Shown piece after piece: positions 13,170 through 25,923 of a DNA stretch of 64,000 nt. Within the stretch, counting starts at the first letter, position 1, and each line of letters begins with the position of its first letter. Both the position numbers and the translations under genes were made by a program. The notes under the pieces are model-generated. The model ran no database searches. It saw nothing but the letters and a program-made list of their open reading frames with translations, and was not told the origin of the DNA. The stretch lies in NCBI GenBank assembly GCA_951406725.2, contig OX597823.1, positions 36,518,001 to 36,582,000 on the forward strand. The letters run 5' to 3'. This DNA is from Octopus vulgaris. Its lineage: Eukaryota.

Positions 13170-13590
13170 TCGTTGTCCTTGCCATCTTGACTGAGACGTG
13201 TTTTACCCAGCTGCACTTGAAATCTCTAACTCCATTAGCTCTGTTGTTGGTCTTTGTCAATAAAATTAATGTAGTTAAGTGGTCTTCATCTTCTGTTAGG
13301 ATATAAACATCTTTAAAATATAAAATTAGATATGGCTTGGTCTGTGGTACAATAGCAGTGGCTAGTAAAGCCAACTCTGCATTGAGCAATAATACTAGAG
13401 ATGGTTGGAATATGTCCATAAATCTTCTCTTTTGTTTTGTGCTCTTGTCAGATGTTTTATGTTTTTATGAGAATCTTGATGTATGTACCATGAAGGTGGT
13501 CTTGAAGTTCTTCTTCCACAGTCCATATTTCAGCTCTATAAAGGATGCTCCTTATACATACTCTGAAGAAGGCCAGCTTTGTTGACTTTG
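13170..13590 (-). mobile_element. RTE-clade LINE ORF C-terminal remnant
   Basis: Minus frame with stops: KLAFFRVCIRSILYRAEIWTV...LHGTYIKIL...*QEHKTKEKIYGHIPTISSIIAQCRVGFTSHCY...RPLNY, matching the RTE LLYG.E.WT...W..H.TN..LYG...RL.FAGH pattern. Confidence 0.75.
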
Positions 13591-13935
13591 AAATACTAAG
13601 TGTAGGTTCAGTCCACTGTACAACAAATTAGGCAAATAAGTGTTTTCCACTGAGATTCTGGGTTTATCATGCCCTGTGAATTAATTTGAGCAGTGCAAGG
13701 TGTGTGGAAGCCGTGTGTGTGGTTTGTGCTTGAATGTCATTGTCTGAGGGAAATGGTGATATGATGTTTACATCTGTTGACATTGTCACCAGTTGCTCTG
13801 CTTTTGAAATCTTGTGGAATTAAATATCTCCCTTTTGAAAAACTGGTAAGGGTTGGTGGCAGCAAGAATATCTGACTATAAAATCTTGCATCAGACAAAT
13901 CTTCATCCAACCATGGAAAAATGGATATTAAATGA
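13590..13935 (+). mobile_element. Degenerate tRNA/CORE-like SINE with RTE-type 3' tail
   Basis: GGTTCAGTCCACTG...GGCAA...GTGTTTTC head; tail CCAACCATGGAAAAATGGATATTAAATG resembles the RTE 3' end at 59950-59994. Confidence 0.55.
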
Positions 13936-14560
13936 ATGTCTGACTGAACTCACACGCACATGCGTGTGAAGTGTGCACTGCTAAATTTCTTGAACTACAC
14001 ACTCTACTAGCCAATTGATACTGCTACATCTTCTAGTAAATAGTTATATTTATAATGATATGTAATATAAATATAAAGCTACAGATTTTTGTGGAGGGCA
14101 CCTTTGGTTAAGTCAACCTTGATATTTGATAGATATTCTATCCCCTGTACAAGAAGAGTGTAAAAGCATTTGACTGTGATAGGAGTGGAACTTTATTTTA
14201 TAGAGACATTAATGTCACAAGGCATTTTGTTTGGCACTCTACTGATTCTGCCACTCAGTGGACTATAAATAATAACAACCACACACAGATTCATAACTAG
14301 TCAGTAAGGAACTGGTATAGCTATTTTTGAGACACTTAAGTATTATTAGATGAACCAACATGTTTCTGTAGGTCTCCCCACCCCTCTCCTTTTTTGAAAG
14401 AGTTTCTCTGGTTCTCTATAAACTGAGTAGATTGATGGCCTGATTTGAGGTTTTCTAAATCTTTGAAGCAATTAAAAACATTCATATCAGTCAGCTAGTT
14501 ACAAAAACAAACAAACAGAAAAAAAGACCTAACAATATGTGTATGTGTGTATATATATAT

Positions 14561-16390
14561 GTTTATGAATTTGTGTTGCAAGATTCCGGATGTGAAACCG
14601 TGTGTTGAAACAGATATTGTTGTATTTCGGGATGGTCATTTTTTCTTCTTCAAATAAATGCATGCACTATATATTTCTTCTTCACTCGTTTATTACTGTT
14701 CTTATTCTAACTCATGTCCACCGTCCAGAAATCTTTTGTCACACATCTGTGACCTCTTCAGTGACACTTTCCATCCTCGTGTGTGCTCCTGCTTTGCTTA
14801 GTTCAGTCAATTCTTTTATTACGTGTATCGTTATATGTGCATGCGTTTGCGTTTGTGTATATATGTGTATGTATGTGTACATATGCATGTCTATGTGTTT
14901 CGCATGTGTGCTTATGTGTATATTTGGGCTTAAGCCCTTTATATTGTTGTCATTCTTAAAGAAACATATCATCATTGTTCTTAGTAGCTCTATGACCCTC
15001 CCCTCACCCACATCTCCTCTCCTGTTGCTGCTGCTATTGCCCTTGACCCTGACTTTTGGTACCATTCCTGTATCTCCCTACATTTGTTTGTTCACCTACG
15101 TTATTGCCATCGTGGTAGTTGTTATTTCTATTGTCATTGTTATTGGTCATGCTGTTGATGTTGTTGCGGCTGTTTGTGAAGTTTATGTATGCTTGTGTGT
15201 GTATATGGGTTCACTTATTATTTTTGTATCTGTGCCTTTTATACAACTTTTTTTGTTTACCTATTTATCTACCTTATATTTGTCATAGGTATATGCATAT
15301 TTGTCTATTGTGTGTGTATTACTCTGTATGTTTTTTTGTTTTCTCCCTTTTGTCTTTCGTTGTCATGGTGTGGTGGTGAGTATTATTGTTCCATTCATGT
15401 TTTCTGTTGAGGCCCAGTCTATCTATTGCTATGTGTGTAGCCTCTATAATCTATTTGAGTGTCATATCAGTTCTATATGGGAGGCTTGGTTAATAACATA
15501 GAGGTTAAGGTGTTACCAACACATAGAACTGACATGACACTCAGGCAGGTTACAGAGGCGACACACATAGGAATAGACAGGCGGAGCCTCAACAGAAAAC
15601 ATGAATGGAACAATAACACCTACCACCACCACACTATGCAACATGCCGACTAAAGACAGAAGGGAGAAAAGAACAAACAAAAACATACAAACTGTGTAAT
15701 ACACACACAATAGACAAATATGCATACACCTATGATAGATATAAGAAATAGAGATAAATAGGTGAAAAAAAAAACTATAAAGGGCACGGATAAAAACTAC
15801 ATAATAAGCAAGTCCATATACACACACAAACACAGAAACAGCTCATCAACAACTCGACTAATGGCAACAACAACAACTACCAAGATGGCAGCAGCGTGGG
15901 CAAACACACAAACACAGGGAGATACAGGAATGGTACCAAAAGTTGAGGCCAAGGGCAGCAGCGGGGGAAGGGACATGGGTGAGGGGAGGATCATAGAGCT
16001 ACTAAGAACAATGACGATAATGATGATAATATAAAGGGCTTAAGCTCATATATACACACAAGCGCACATGCAAAACACAGACATAAGTACACACTTGCGC
16101 ATGCACACACACATAAATACAGATGCAAATGCATGCGCATATAAGGATACACATCATAGAAGAACAGAATGCACTAGGCAGAGCAGGAGCACACATGGGG
16201 ATGGGAAGTGTCACTGAAGAGATCACAGATGTATGACAAAAGATTTCTGGACAAAGGACATGAGTTAAAATAAGAACAGTAATTAATAAGTGAAGAACAA
16301 ATATATAGCGTGTGTGTTTATTTGGCAAAAAAAGAAAAAAATGACCATCCTGAAATACAACAAATATATATATATATAAACACACACACA
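14561..16390. mobile_element. Large foldback (inverted duplication) element, probably PLE-derived, flanked by (TA)/(TG) microsatellites
   Basis: 14614-15498 is the reverse complement of 15511-16366 (roughly 80-85% identity by eye, ~12-nt spacer); each arm carries a CTGAAGAG-hairpin-AAAA hammerhead-like core. Confidence 0.85.
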
Positions 16391-19300
16391 GTTAAAAAAA
16401 AACAAAGAAAAAGACAAGGAAAAACACAGCAACATGAGGACGTAGCACATGCAAATTCTTAATAAGATGCTCAGAGAAGGAAAAGAGTGGTTGTTTTACA
16501 TTCCAAGCATAGCTCTTCTTTGGAAATAGGAAACATAGGAAAGGAAGAAGGAGGGAAAAAAATCGCCAACAGTCCATGTATCGACTATATTATGTTATAT
16601 TATATAAAGGTGAAGCTGTTTCCTTTTTTGAAATGTGTTCTGGTAAATTCAGTTGGTAGAAGCAGTTATATGTTGGCTGTGTCAGTTTGGAAATAATGTC
16701 CTAGTATTTGTATAAATTGTATTGATTTGATTTTAAGAGAATCAGCAGTTGATAGAATGTGTGGAAGCCTTTCTTGACTGGAAACCTGAAATGATTATGT
16801 GAGATTAAAGCATATGGATTAAGATTCAGTTGAGAATATTGCAAGTGAACAATAAGATAGCTTGTATGCTTACATTTTGAATGTTTCTGGATTACATATT
16901 GGATGTTATTATTATTTGCAGTAGTTAGCAGAAGCCCAGATTGTCTTTCATGCTCTGGTTCAATAAATTATTATTGTGGGAAATTATTTGGTCACTGTGC
17001 ACCATCAACTGACTTATGTCTTATGTTTGTATTTCATTTCCTGAAACACATAACACTGCTGTTAACACCTCATATCTGAAGCTCCATAGATAAAGCCACC
17101 TTTTGTTAAGCTTTAAGCTAGCGGCAATGTCAAATATTTTACTTTCTCTTGACAACTACCATCCTTCATTGATATTGTTGTTCACAGAATTCTCAAAATG
17201 TTGACAGTTATTTATTAACAGGGACAAAATGTCCCTCTTTATTAGCATGTAGGCCTGCTGATAATGTCTTTTATGGGTTTGGATAGTCTCTGTTTCAAAT
17301 ACAGAAAGGCAAATTCAGCAGTGTGTGTGTCTACACTACCTCTATGCCATCTAACATCTGTTTTACCATACTTGCATAGATTAGATAGATCTGCTTTTGT
17401 ACATCTGTTATTGTATCAATAAAGATCTAGTAGTTGCAGTGTCTATGTGTATGCAGAATTTTTCAATGTGTGAATAACTTTTGTGATTTGAATGATTGTT
17501 AGAAAGTAGACAGAATCATAGCAGAGCTATAGATCTGTGACCTGACATTAATTCATGTTTGGAATGGATTCATTCCACTTCAATATTTGGTCTCAATACC
17601 ATAAACTCTCTTGCTTTCTCTACCCAAATTTCCTGCCTCTCTCTATTCACCATTCTTATTTCTCCTATTTTCTCTTCACTTATCTTTTCTTATATACTTT
17701 TTTTTTAATCTTGCAAGAGTTAACTTGAATCTATAGATTTAAATGAGTATTTAAATAAGTATGTTTCTACATTTCATTGATAAGATTAGATTCCCAACCT
17801 TATTCTCTGTTTTTATCTGTACAATCTTCTCTTGTTTTCTTGTATATAAGTTTACATCTCTTGAGAATTTAGCTCTGAAATCTTTAATTCTCTATTTTAT
17901 ATTTAGCTAAGTGACATACTAATTAATTAAGAAAATAATTAATTCATTGAAAAATATGAATAAAACTCATCTTTAAATGGAATTAATTACTTTAATTCAT
18001 TATTATTATTGTTATTCTGGAAGACTCATGGATAGTTCTTAATTACCAGTTATTTGATGTAATTGTCTTACTCCCTTTTCTAAACTTGCTGGCTTTGTGC
18101 CAAAATTTGAAACCTGTATATTAGTGGTATTTATTTTGTAGGGTTCAGTAGGTTGAATCAGGAAAAAGGTCCATTATAAACTGAAAATGGATGCAGTTTC
18201 TTCTTTACTTTACAGATGAGTATTTAAGAAATGGAAATGTATTTTTGTACTTGATTCATAACATTTGTAAATTTGCAGAACCAACCAACCAACCAACCAG
18301 CCCATGTCATACTTTTATGTCTTTAATTTACATAAAGCTTGAGAAATTTTAAAGAGATGTAAAAGATGTGTGTTGCTGTTCATGCCTTTTCCAAAGATAT
18401 GAGTAGCATACATGAAATGTAAAGGTTCCAACTCAGAATCAGTATTGGATAATTTTTTTCTTTTTCATAAATGAACGAGTGGTGGGGTACGGTATTTTTG
18501 TTTTTTGTTCTCTCAGATTAGTGGCATTGATATAACTTGTGGGTGGGAGAGGGCAAATGGTAGGTCCGTGTGTATGTCATTTTAGGGTGTGGGGCTGAAA
18601 AAGTGAGGGAAATGGGAGTAGGATGGCAGATTAAACTAAGCACCACAGTTCTGAATGTTCTTGTGACACCTATATAAAGAATTTTTACCCAAAGATTGAA
18701 ATCTTGCTCTTTTTTATTTTTTACCTGTCTTCCATTTCTTGTTGGTTTTACTTTTAAGAATTTCATTGTTCTTTGTTAAGTTGCCTACTTTAACTTGCTA
18801 CTGGATCATTTTGTAAACTTCTTTTTACTTTTATTTGTCCCTTTAAGTGACTACAACCAACACCTCTCTCCTCTCTTGATGCCAATTGTTTATTTTTTTT
18901 AAAACATATTTCTGCCTTTTTTGTTTTCTTTTCTAACTTTTCTTTTTTCGTCTTGTTTCTTTTTTTCTTGCTACTTTATCAATTTTTTTTTATTCTTTCA
19001 TTTTTCCTTGTTTCTTTTTGTTATTCCTTCTTGTGTTTTTGTGTGTGTCTCAGTTTTTCTAAAACTACTCACCAGGTAGTTGACCATATCTGCTACATTA
19101 CTGGGAATTATATTACTTTTGTGTGTTTCCTGCATTTCTCAAAGTGTCTTTCAAATGAACTCTGTCCCTATCCACACCCCTATTTGTGAAAAAATGAAAA
19201 GAACCCTCTTTCATAGACAAAAATCAAATTTATTATTAGATAGGGCATGACTTATTTCCCCTTCTTGGTACTAATTACATGCACAGCATATCAAGAAAAA

Positions 19301-19791
19301 TTCCTCAGGTAGGAATTATTCTTGTGAATCTATTTTTGCTCCACAGCTGATGGTGATTCTCTCCAATCTGTAGCAAGCCTAAAAAAACATCTGCCATATT
19401 GTTTCTATTATTTTTACATTTAAAAAAATGTTTCTTACATATGATTTTTAGCTGTACACATTATATAGGTTGGATAGTTTTACAAATTTAGATGTTTCTC
19501 TGCATTTATTGCAGCAGATGTTTCATGGATGAATGCTGTTTTCATCAATGAACCACTTCAGCCAGCTAAGAGGCTACCAGCTTTATTTCCCTTTTAACAC
19601 ATTTCTTTCTTTATCAAATTCTCCTATATATCTTAATCATACTTTAAACAAACCACATGGTGATATTACTGTCTTATTTATTATTTATTTTCTTTATTTA
19701 TCATTAGCCTATAAACTTTTATATATATTGTAGAAATACTATTAATACACTTTCTTCATTTGCTATATTTACTGCTTCAAACTCTCTACAG

Positions 19792-19836
19792 TAACTTTAA
19801 ATCCATTGAAATCCTTAGAAACCAATGTACCAACAG
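19792..19836 (+). CDS. Candidate 45-nt symmetric (phase 1-1) microexon of an unidentified host gene
   Basis: ctctctacag|TAACTTTAAATCC...CCAACAG|gtaaat; open as (x)TLNPLKSLETNVPT(x); TE-poor surroundings; no homology recognised. Confidence 0.3.
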
Positions 19837-20687
19837 GTAAATTTTTTCTAAATACTCCTGTAATCTGTCATTCAAGAATGAGCTGGCAAATTTAATGTAT
19901 TTCATTACATATTTATTTCACTTTTCTCAGAATCATAAAGTTAATGATCTTACCTGATTGGTTAATATATTATTGCCACTAACAGTGAAGTTAATTTCAT
20001 GATCTTCCTCTCCACACCACTAATGATTTTTTAGACTGATAATCTCATCTAATTCATCATGACTCATATTGCTATACTATAACATCTAATAGACCATTTC
20101 TTACATGCAAATACTGCCATACACATTTATTCTTCCAAAGAATAAATATCACCATTATACCCACCACATCACTGCTGTCACTCTTGTTCTTGTGTCCATT
20201 TTCCTGTGCTTGCAAGGTTAGACTAAATTTGTTGAGATAGACTTTCTATGGTTGGATGCTTGTTTTATTGTCAACCTTCACTTGTTTTTGAGTCAGGTAA
20301 TATTTCCCCCTGGTCCTTTCAAACAATGACTGGCTCAAAGGCCAGACGTCATTTGTATGACTGGTGGTTTCGTTTTCAATATGTGTGCAACTGCGAAGAG
20401 AGATAACACACACGCCCACCCCCACAATGTCCTTCATACAATTTCTGTCTGTCAAATTTCACTCACAGGACCCTAGCCTGTAGATACAGTAGAAGACATC
20501 AGCTGACTATGTTCACACACATTGGGAATAAACCTCCAAGCACATTTTCTGAAGTGAACTTTTTAACTACTCACTCGCTCTCTCTCTCTTTCTCTCTCTC
20601 TCTCATTCTCTCTCTCTCTCTCACGCGTGCGCGCACGCTCATGTTCTGCATAATTTCTGTCTACTAAATTTTACAAGGCATTGGTCA

Positions 20688-21264
20688 TGTAGTAAAAACT
20701 GTTTTGTTTGGCGGCTTATAGGTAATGAAAACTAAACTAATTTAAAACAAGTTCTCTCATTGGTTGAAAATCTTTCAGCCAAAATCATTCTAGGTTTTTG
20801 CCAGAATTCTTCTAAATGATATTTCGGAACGCTTCAAGAAACTTCCATGGGAAGTTATAAAAGCCAGGATTTTTTCCCAATTTTAGTTAGCAGATAGCAT
20901 GCCTTCTGGAAGCTATGCCACTCTCAAACTCATATACAACACTCTTTACAGTTTGACGTTCTTGCACTAATGATATAAGAGATTATACTTCTCAATAATG
21001 ACCTTAAGTCATAAACCTAACTCTTTCTGTAGTGTAGTTCCGATGGACTAGATTAGTAATTCCTGTCACTTCTTGACAGATAAACTTTCAGACAAAAAAC
21101 AACAAAAAAAATACTAGAAAATAACATTCTTATACGATATGTTAGCAGTTTCGTTTCATTGACAAAGGGAGATTACTCCCGATGTATTTATATGTAATTT
21201 ATATGTATATCCGTGAAATAAAAAGATTCGACTGAAACTATCTTTGTAATTGATCTTTTCTACA
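20688..21264 (+). mobile_element. Possible solo LTR (577 bp) inserted in a SINE
   Basis: TGTAGTAAAA...TTTTCTACA termini, TATAAAA at 20856, AATAAA at 21217; splits a minus-strand SINE (20650-20687 / 21465-21565); TSD not clean. Confidence 0.45.
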
Positions 21265-21903
21265 CTTTTCCACAAAAATGTATTTGACTATTCTTGTCAT
21301 TCTACCAACAGCAAGTTGCAAAAAGAAATGGGTTTAACTGGAAGACACATACACATCACACACAACATATTTAGTCAACTCAATTATATTATATCCGATG
21401 GATACATCAAACCACTGAATCTATACGAAGACAAAAAATAGAAGTCAAACTAAAGCATAAGTCAATCTGATATGATGGTAAAAAGCACTTGCCCAAAGTG
21501 CTGCATTCCGGGATTGAACCCAGAGCTGTGTAGTTTCAAAGTGAATTTCTTAACTTCACAGCCATTAAAAACTACACCCATTAAAAACTAATATTTTGTA
21601 CAGTCTGTGTTATTTGTAGTTTATATGATTGAGCAATGTTATTTAGATAGATCTTTGTTTAAACTCACCCCACCAACCCATAATTGTTACTCTATGAAAT
21701 GTAGTACCGAGTGGATAGTTCTGAAAATTGAAATCCCTTCCATTTTCAGTGAATTTGCTAAAGATAATTATAACAATGGATCTTGTCATGGTACAACTAC
21801 ATCACTTATGACCACCACTCCTGCCTTAACCCTACTACAATGTTAAATTGTACTTGAGAAGCTCAAGTGTGCTTTTCAGAAATATATACCAGTTGTGTGC
21901 AAA

Positions 21904-21941
<38 letters not shown>

Positions 21942-23481
21942 AGTATTAGTTCATTTCCAGTATGGAAACACTTAAGAAATTTGCTCTTTGCTGTTATTGT
22001 CATATATTTTGGTTACTTACTTCAAATATCTGTCTTAGATTCCATTATTAAACTCTTCCTGTGTTAGTTTTTTGACACCAACAGTAATTTAGCTACATCA
22101 TGATGTTTTATTTTTAATGTAAATTTTGCACATTGAAATTGATAAAGCTTTTAAGCGGTGTTGTCTCGCCACCACCACTTTCCTGCTTTTAAACTGATGT
22201 CAAACCTCAAACAGGATCTTCTTTTATTGACACTGTAGTTCTAGTTTGAATATGATACGAGCTAAATCTGGCAGATCACTTAAAAACTGAAACTAAGTTT
22301 GATTGCATTACTTTTGCAGATGCTAGTTAGTGATTGTTGTTGCTAGTGTGGTGACGTATATTAATTGCTGTGCAGCTTTTTCTTACTCTGTGGCTGATGG
22401 TAACACTCAGAACAATGTAATAATTTTTTTTATTGTTAATGAGTTGATTCTATCTCTTATTCACAGGGAGCTTACTAAACTGAACCCTTCAAATTGTAAA
22501 TCATTGTTATCAATGAATTAACACTTTCAAAACTATAATATGCAGCAGTAATGAAAAGGATATCAAACTATAAATCCTCTTGATAAGTGACAAGTGATAT
22601 TTGAAGTCAGTTTGCCCCCCCCCCCCTCTCACGCACACATACACACTCACTCACTCTCCCCTCTCTCTCCTCCCCTCTCCCCCCTCTCTCCCTCTCCCCC
22701 TCTCCCTGAAACTGAGTTTTTGGCAGGTGTTGCTAAGCTGCTTGCAGTTGAACAGCTTTTCTTCAACAGTTTGAAAAAAATAAATCTTTATCTCTGATAA
22801 TTGATATTTCAACACTGTTGTTAAATGTCATTTAAAAAATGTTGTTGCTTTTAAGATGTGAAACCTCTTTATGCTAATAGAAGAATTTATGTTTGAAATG
22901 AAAATGCCTCATTGCAAACTAAAATATTTTTGAATTCTGCTATATTTTTTATTATCACTGAATGAATTTAGTCCAAGGTGACCTGGCATAAATTCTCTAT
23001 GATATTAATATGGTTCTTATTTATAAAAATTAAAGAGCTGTATTGCTTTGAAACCAGAAAAGCATTTGAATTAAACAATATATCTGTTTGTAATTATAAA
23101 TAAGAAACACAATTAGATATTGAGCTATTTCTACATAAAGATTGCTGTAGCATATCATAGCATATCACTCTGTGGAGATTATTACAACAGCAATATTCCT
23201 GTTCTGCTTGAAATGAATAGCAAAACCTTAATAATTCTAATTTGAATATATTTTGGAGGTTTGTTTTCAAAGGCTTTGACACAGCTGTTATCCCATCTCA
23301 ATCATATTACACAACTAACTCTTATTTACCATGATGTCTACTTCCTGACTTCATTTTAAAATTTATACCATAGTATTTTAATTATATTTTAGGTGAATTT
23401 TGACATACTTATGTATGCTCTCTAATAATTTTCTACTTATTTCAAACAGAAAACATTCTTCAAGCATGGGCGCCCTTAAGT

Positions 23482-24618
23482 ATGAACATGACAAAAAAGG
23501 ATCTTCGCTTTCTTTTCTTGCATGAGTTCAAGCTTGGGCACAATGCTTCCCAAACTGCTGCTAATATCAACAGAGCATGGGGAGAGGGGTCCACAAGTGA
23601 TTGCATAGTACAAAAGTGGTTTCAGAAATTCTGTAGTGGTGATGAGAGTCTTGATGAGGAAGAAGGTAGAAGACAGTCATGCAGTCTTGACAATGAGCAA
23701 TTGAAAGCAATTGTTGAACAAAACTCACATCAGAGTGTCAGAAAAATGTCTCAGGTACTTAGTGTTGGTATTGCAATGGTCTCATGCAACCTGCAGAAGA
23801 TTGGTAAGGTGAAAAAGCTCGATAAATGGGTACTGCATGAGCTCAATAAAAATCAAAAAGTTTGGCGTTTTGAAGTGTGTTCAATGCTCTTTCTGCAAAA
23901 CATTAATGATCCTTTTCTTGACTGAATAGTCACTTGTGACAAAAGGTGGATCCTTTATGATAGCCATAAACAATCACATCAATGGCTTGATTGTGATGAG
24001 TTCCCCAAACATTTCCCTTAGCCAAAGTTGCATCATCTTTGCTTTGGGAAATGTTTGGGGGACTCACCATAATCTTATGGTGACTGTCTAATGGTGTGCA
24101 ATTGGTGTTGTCCATTACAGCTTTCTGGAAGCCAATCAGAGCATTACAGCAGAGGTTTACTGCAATCAGCTTGCTGAAATGCATGCTCACTTGCAAAAAA
24201 TGAGACTTGCATTGGTGAATTTGCATGGCTCAGTTCTGCTCCATGATAATGCAAAGCCACATGTTGCAAGAATGACGCTGCAGAAACTCAAAGACATGGG
24301 ATACAAGACTTTACCACATCCTCCATATTCTCCTGATCTTTCACCCACTGACTACCATTTTTTAAAGCATTTAAACACATTTTTAAGTGATAAAACTTTC
24401 AGGTCCAAACCATAGGTGGAATCAGCTTTCAAAGATTTCTTAGCATCAAAGCCAATAAGTTTTTATCACCGGGACATAAATAATCTCGTTGATCGATGGC
24501 AGAGATACATAGATGTTCACGGTTCATACTTTGGCTAATCAAAACATTTCTATTGTTAATTTTTCCAGAATTAAATTATGTTTCTGAAATCGGCCATTAT
24601 TTTTGGAACAACCTAATA
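23482..24618 (+). mobile_element. mariner element (Hsmar1/cecropia-like): near-complete transposase pseudogene plus 3' TIR
   Basis: HEFKLGHNASQTAANIN, KKLDKWVLHEL, VTCDKRW, LLHDNAKPH, HPPYSPDLSPTDYHF (DD34D motifs); 3' TIR CGGCCATTATTTTTGGAACAACCTAA then TA at 24617; 5' TIR not found. Confidence 0.95.
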
Positions 24619-24780
24619 GTTTAAAATCTAAACTTTAGATGATACAAGATAGTGACAACTGTTTGATGTGCACGTTTTTTTTTTTTATTATCACATTACC
24701 AGTTTGTAAAAAGAAAGAAAAAACAAAAAAAGGCTATGTTAGAAAATGGCGATAAATGTGAATTATTAAACTGTAAATGT

Positions 24781-24999
24781 TTAAACTTTTGGCATTCTGA
24801 TTACTCTGTCAAATGTAAGGCTTATTTATTCATGCTGTTTTGAATTAATTGTGCATTATCTCAGCTTTGAGATTTCCATCATGAGTTCAAGCTCAAGACA
24901 TTGTAAAGTAGGTATGAGAGGCTGAATCTTGCCAGTTTGAGCATAAAACAGGTAGAATATTTGAGCTGGATATGGCTGGTTTAAATGTTATAATGTTAA
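24781..24999 (+). mobile_element. piggyBac-type MITE, family A copy 3
   Basis: TTAA at both ends; colinear with 1428-1646. Confidence 0.75.
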
Positions 25000-25073
25000 A
25001 TATTTTAAATTGGAAATATATTTTATAATGTTATGTTAAATATTTTAAAATAGAAATATATTTTATTTTGCAG

Positions 25074-25107
25074 GTATTTCTGGGAAGGAGAAGTCTTTGA
25101 TTATTTG
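25074..25107 (+). CDS. Candidate 34-nt exon of an unidentified host gene
   Basis: Near-consensus splice sites ttttattttgcag|GTATTTCTGGGAAGGAGAAGTCTTTGATTATTTG|gtaagt; GC-richer than flanks; two open frames (YFWEGEVFDYL or ISGKEKSLII). Confidence 0.4.
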
Positions 25108-25923
25108 GTAAGTTTTGTCTTTTTCTAGTTAAAAATAGCAAATTTTAGTTTTTTTCACCTTAGTTTGGCCTGAATGTTTCTAAAAACTGAAGCAGTTCTT
25201 TATTACAGGTGTTTTTTTTTATGTTGTACGATCTTCCTCCTTCCTACAATTATTACTTTTACATGCGACATTAACTTTATTAAATGATGAAAGAGCAGTC
25301 AAGATTTTTAATGTTAGACATGATTCACACCAATTTGAAATGGAGAAGCCCCTTGATATGATTTGAACTTCATATCTCTCACTTACTGATTGACCATGTT
25401 ACCAATTGAACCACACAGCAATGCCATCTGCTTCAATGAAGTTCTTTAATTTGTTTCTGTTATTTGAACTGTTCTGTTAAATTAGCAGAAATACCAAATG
25501 ATAGACACATGGTTTAAGTATTAGCATCAGTGAGCTTCTTTCTCTTTTCTCAAATTGATGTTACTAGTGTTTAATATCTCTGATTTCATCTCTTATCTTC
25601 ATATCTACTTTAATCTAGCTGCACTGATGATCATATCATAATATTTCTTTTACATAACACATTAGCATCACTCTTCATTAACATTAGTGGTTTTGTTTGT
25701 TGTTTTACATTAAAATACAACCAGCAATTCATAGGACTACTTCCATCTGCAGTTCCACAGCCTGTAGCCATCTACGGTTGCCTCTCAATCTGACTTTGAT
25801 TTAATCAGATGATAAAACTTGTTTTTTATTTACCAGTTCTTTTTCTTTTATCTATTCTACTAAAATTATTGGATATTTCAAGGTACCCATGACTGTACTA
25901 TTTGTTGGTTCAAGCAAAGTTAC

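Noticed and set aside
12964-13419. 151-aa minus-strand ORF with an apparent signal peptide
   Set aside because: An off-frame reading of a decayed RTE ORF; the RTE motifs lie in another frame
14602-16385. 228-aa hydrophobic ORF and its mirror ORFs, resembling membrane proteins
   Set aside because: Produced by TG-rich low-complexity arms of the foldback element; frames are not preserved between the two arms
22614-22710. C-rich tract, a potential minus-strand G-quadruplex
   Set aside because: Ordinary (CT)/(C)n low-complexity sequence with no evidence of function
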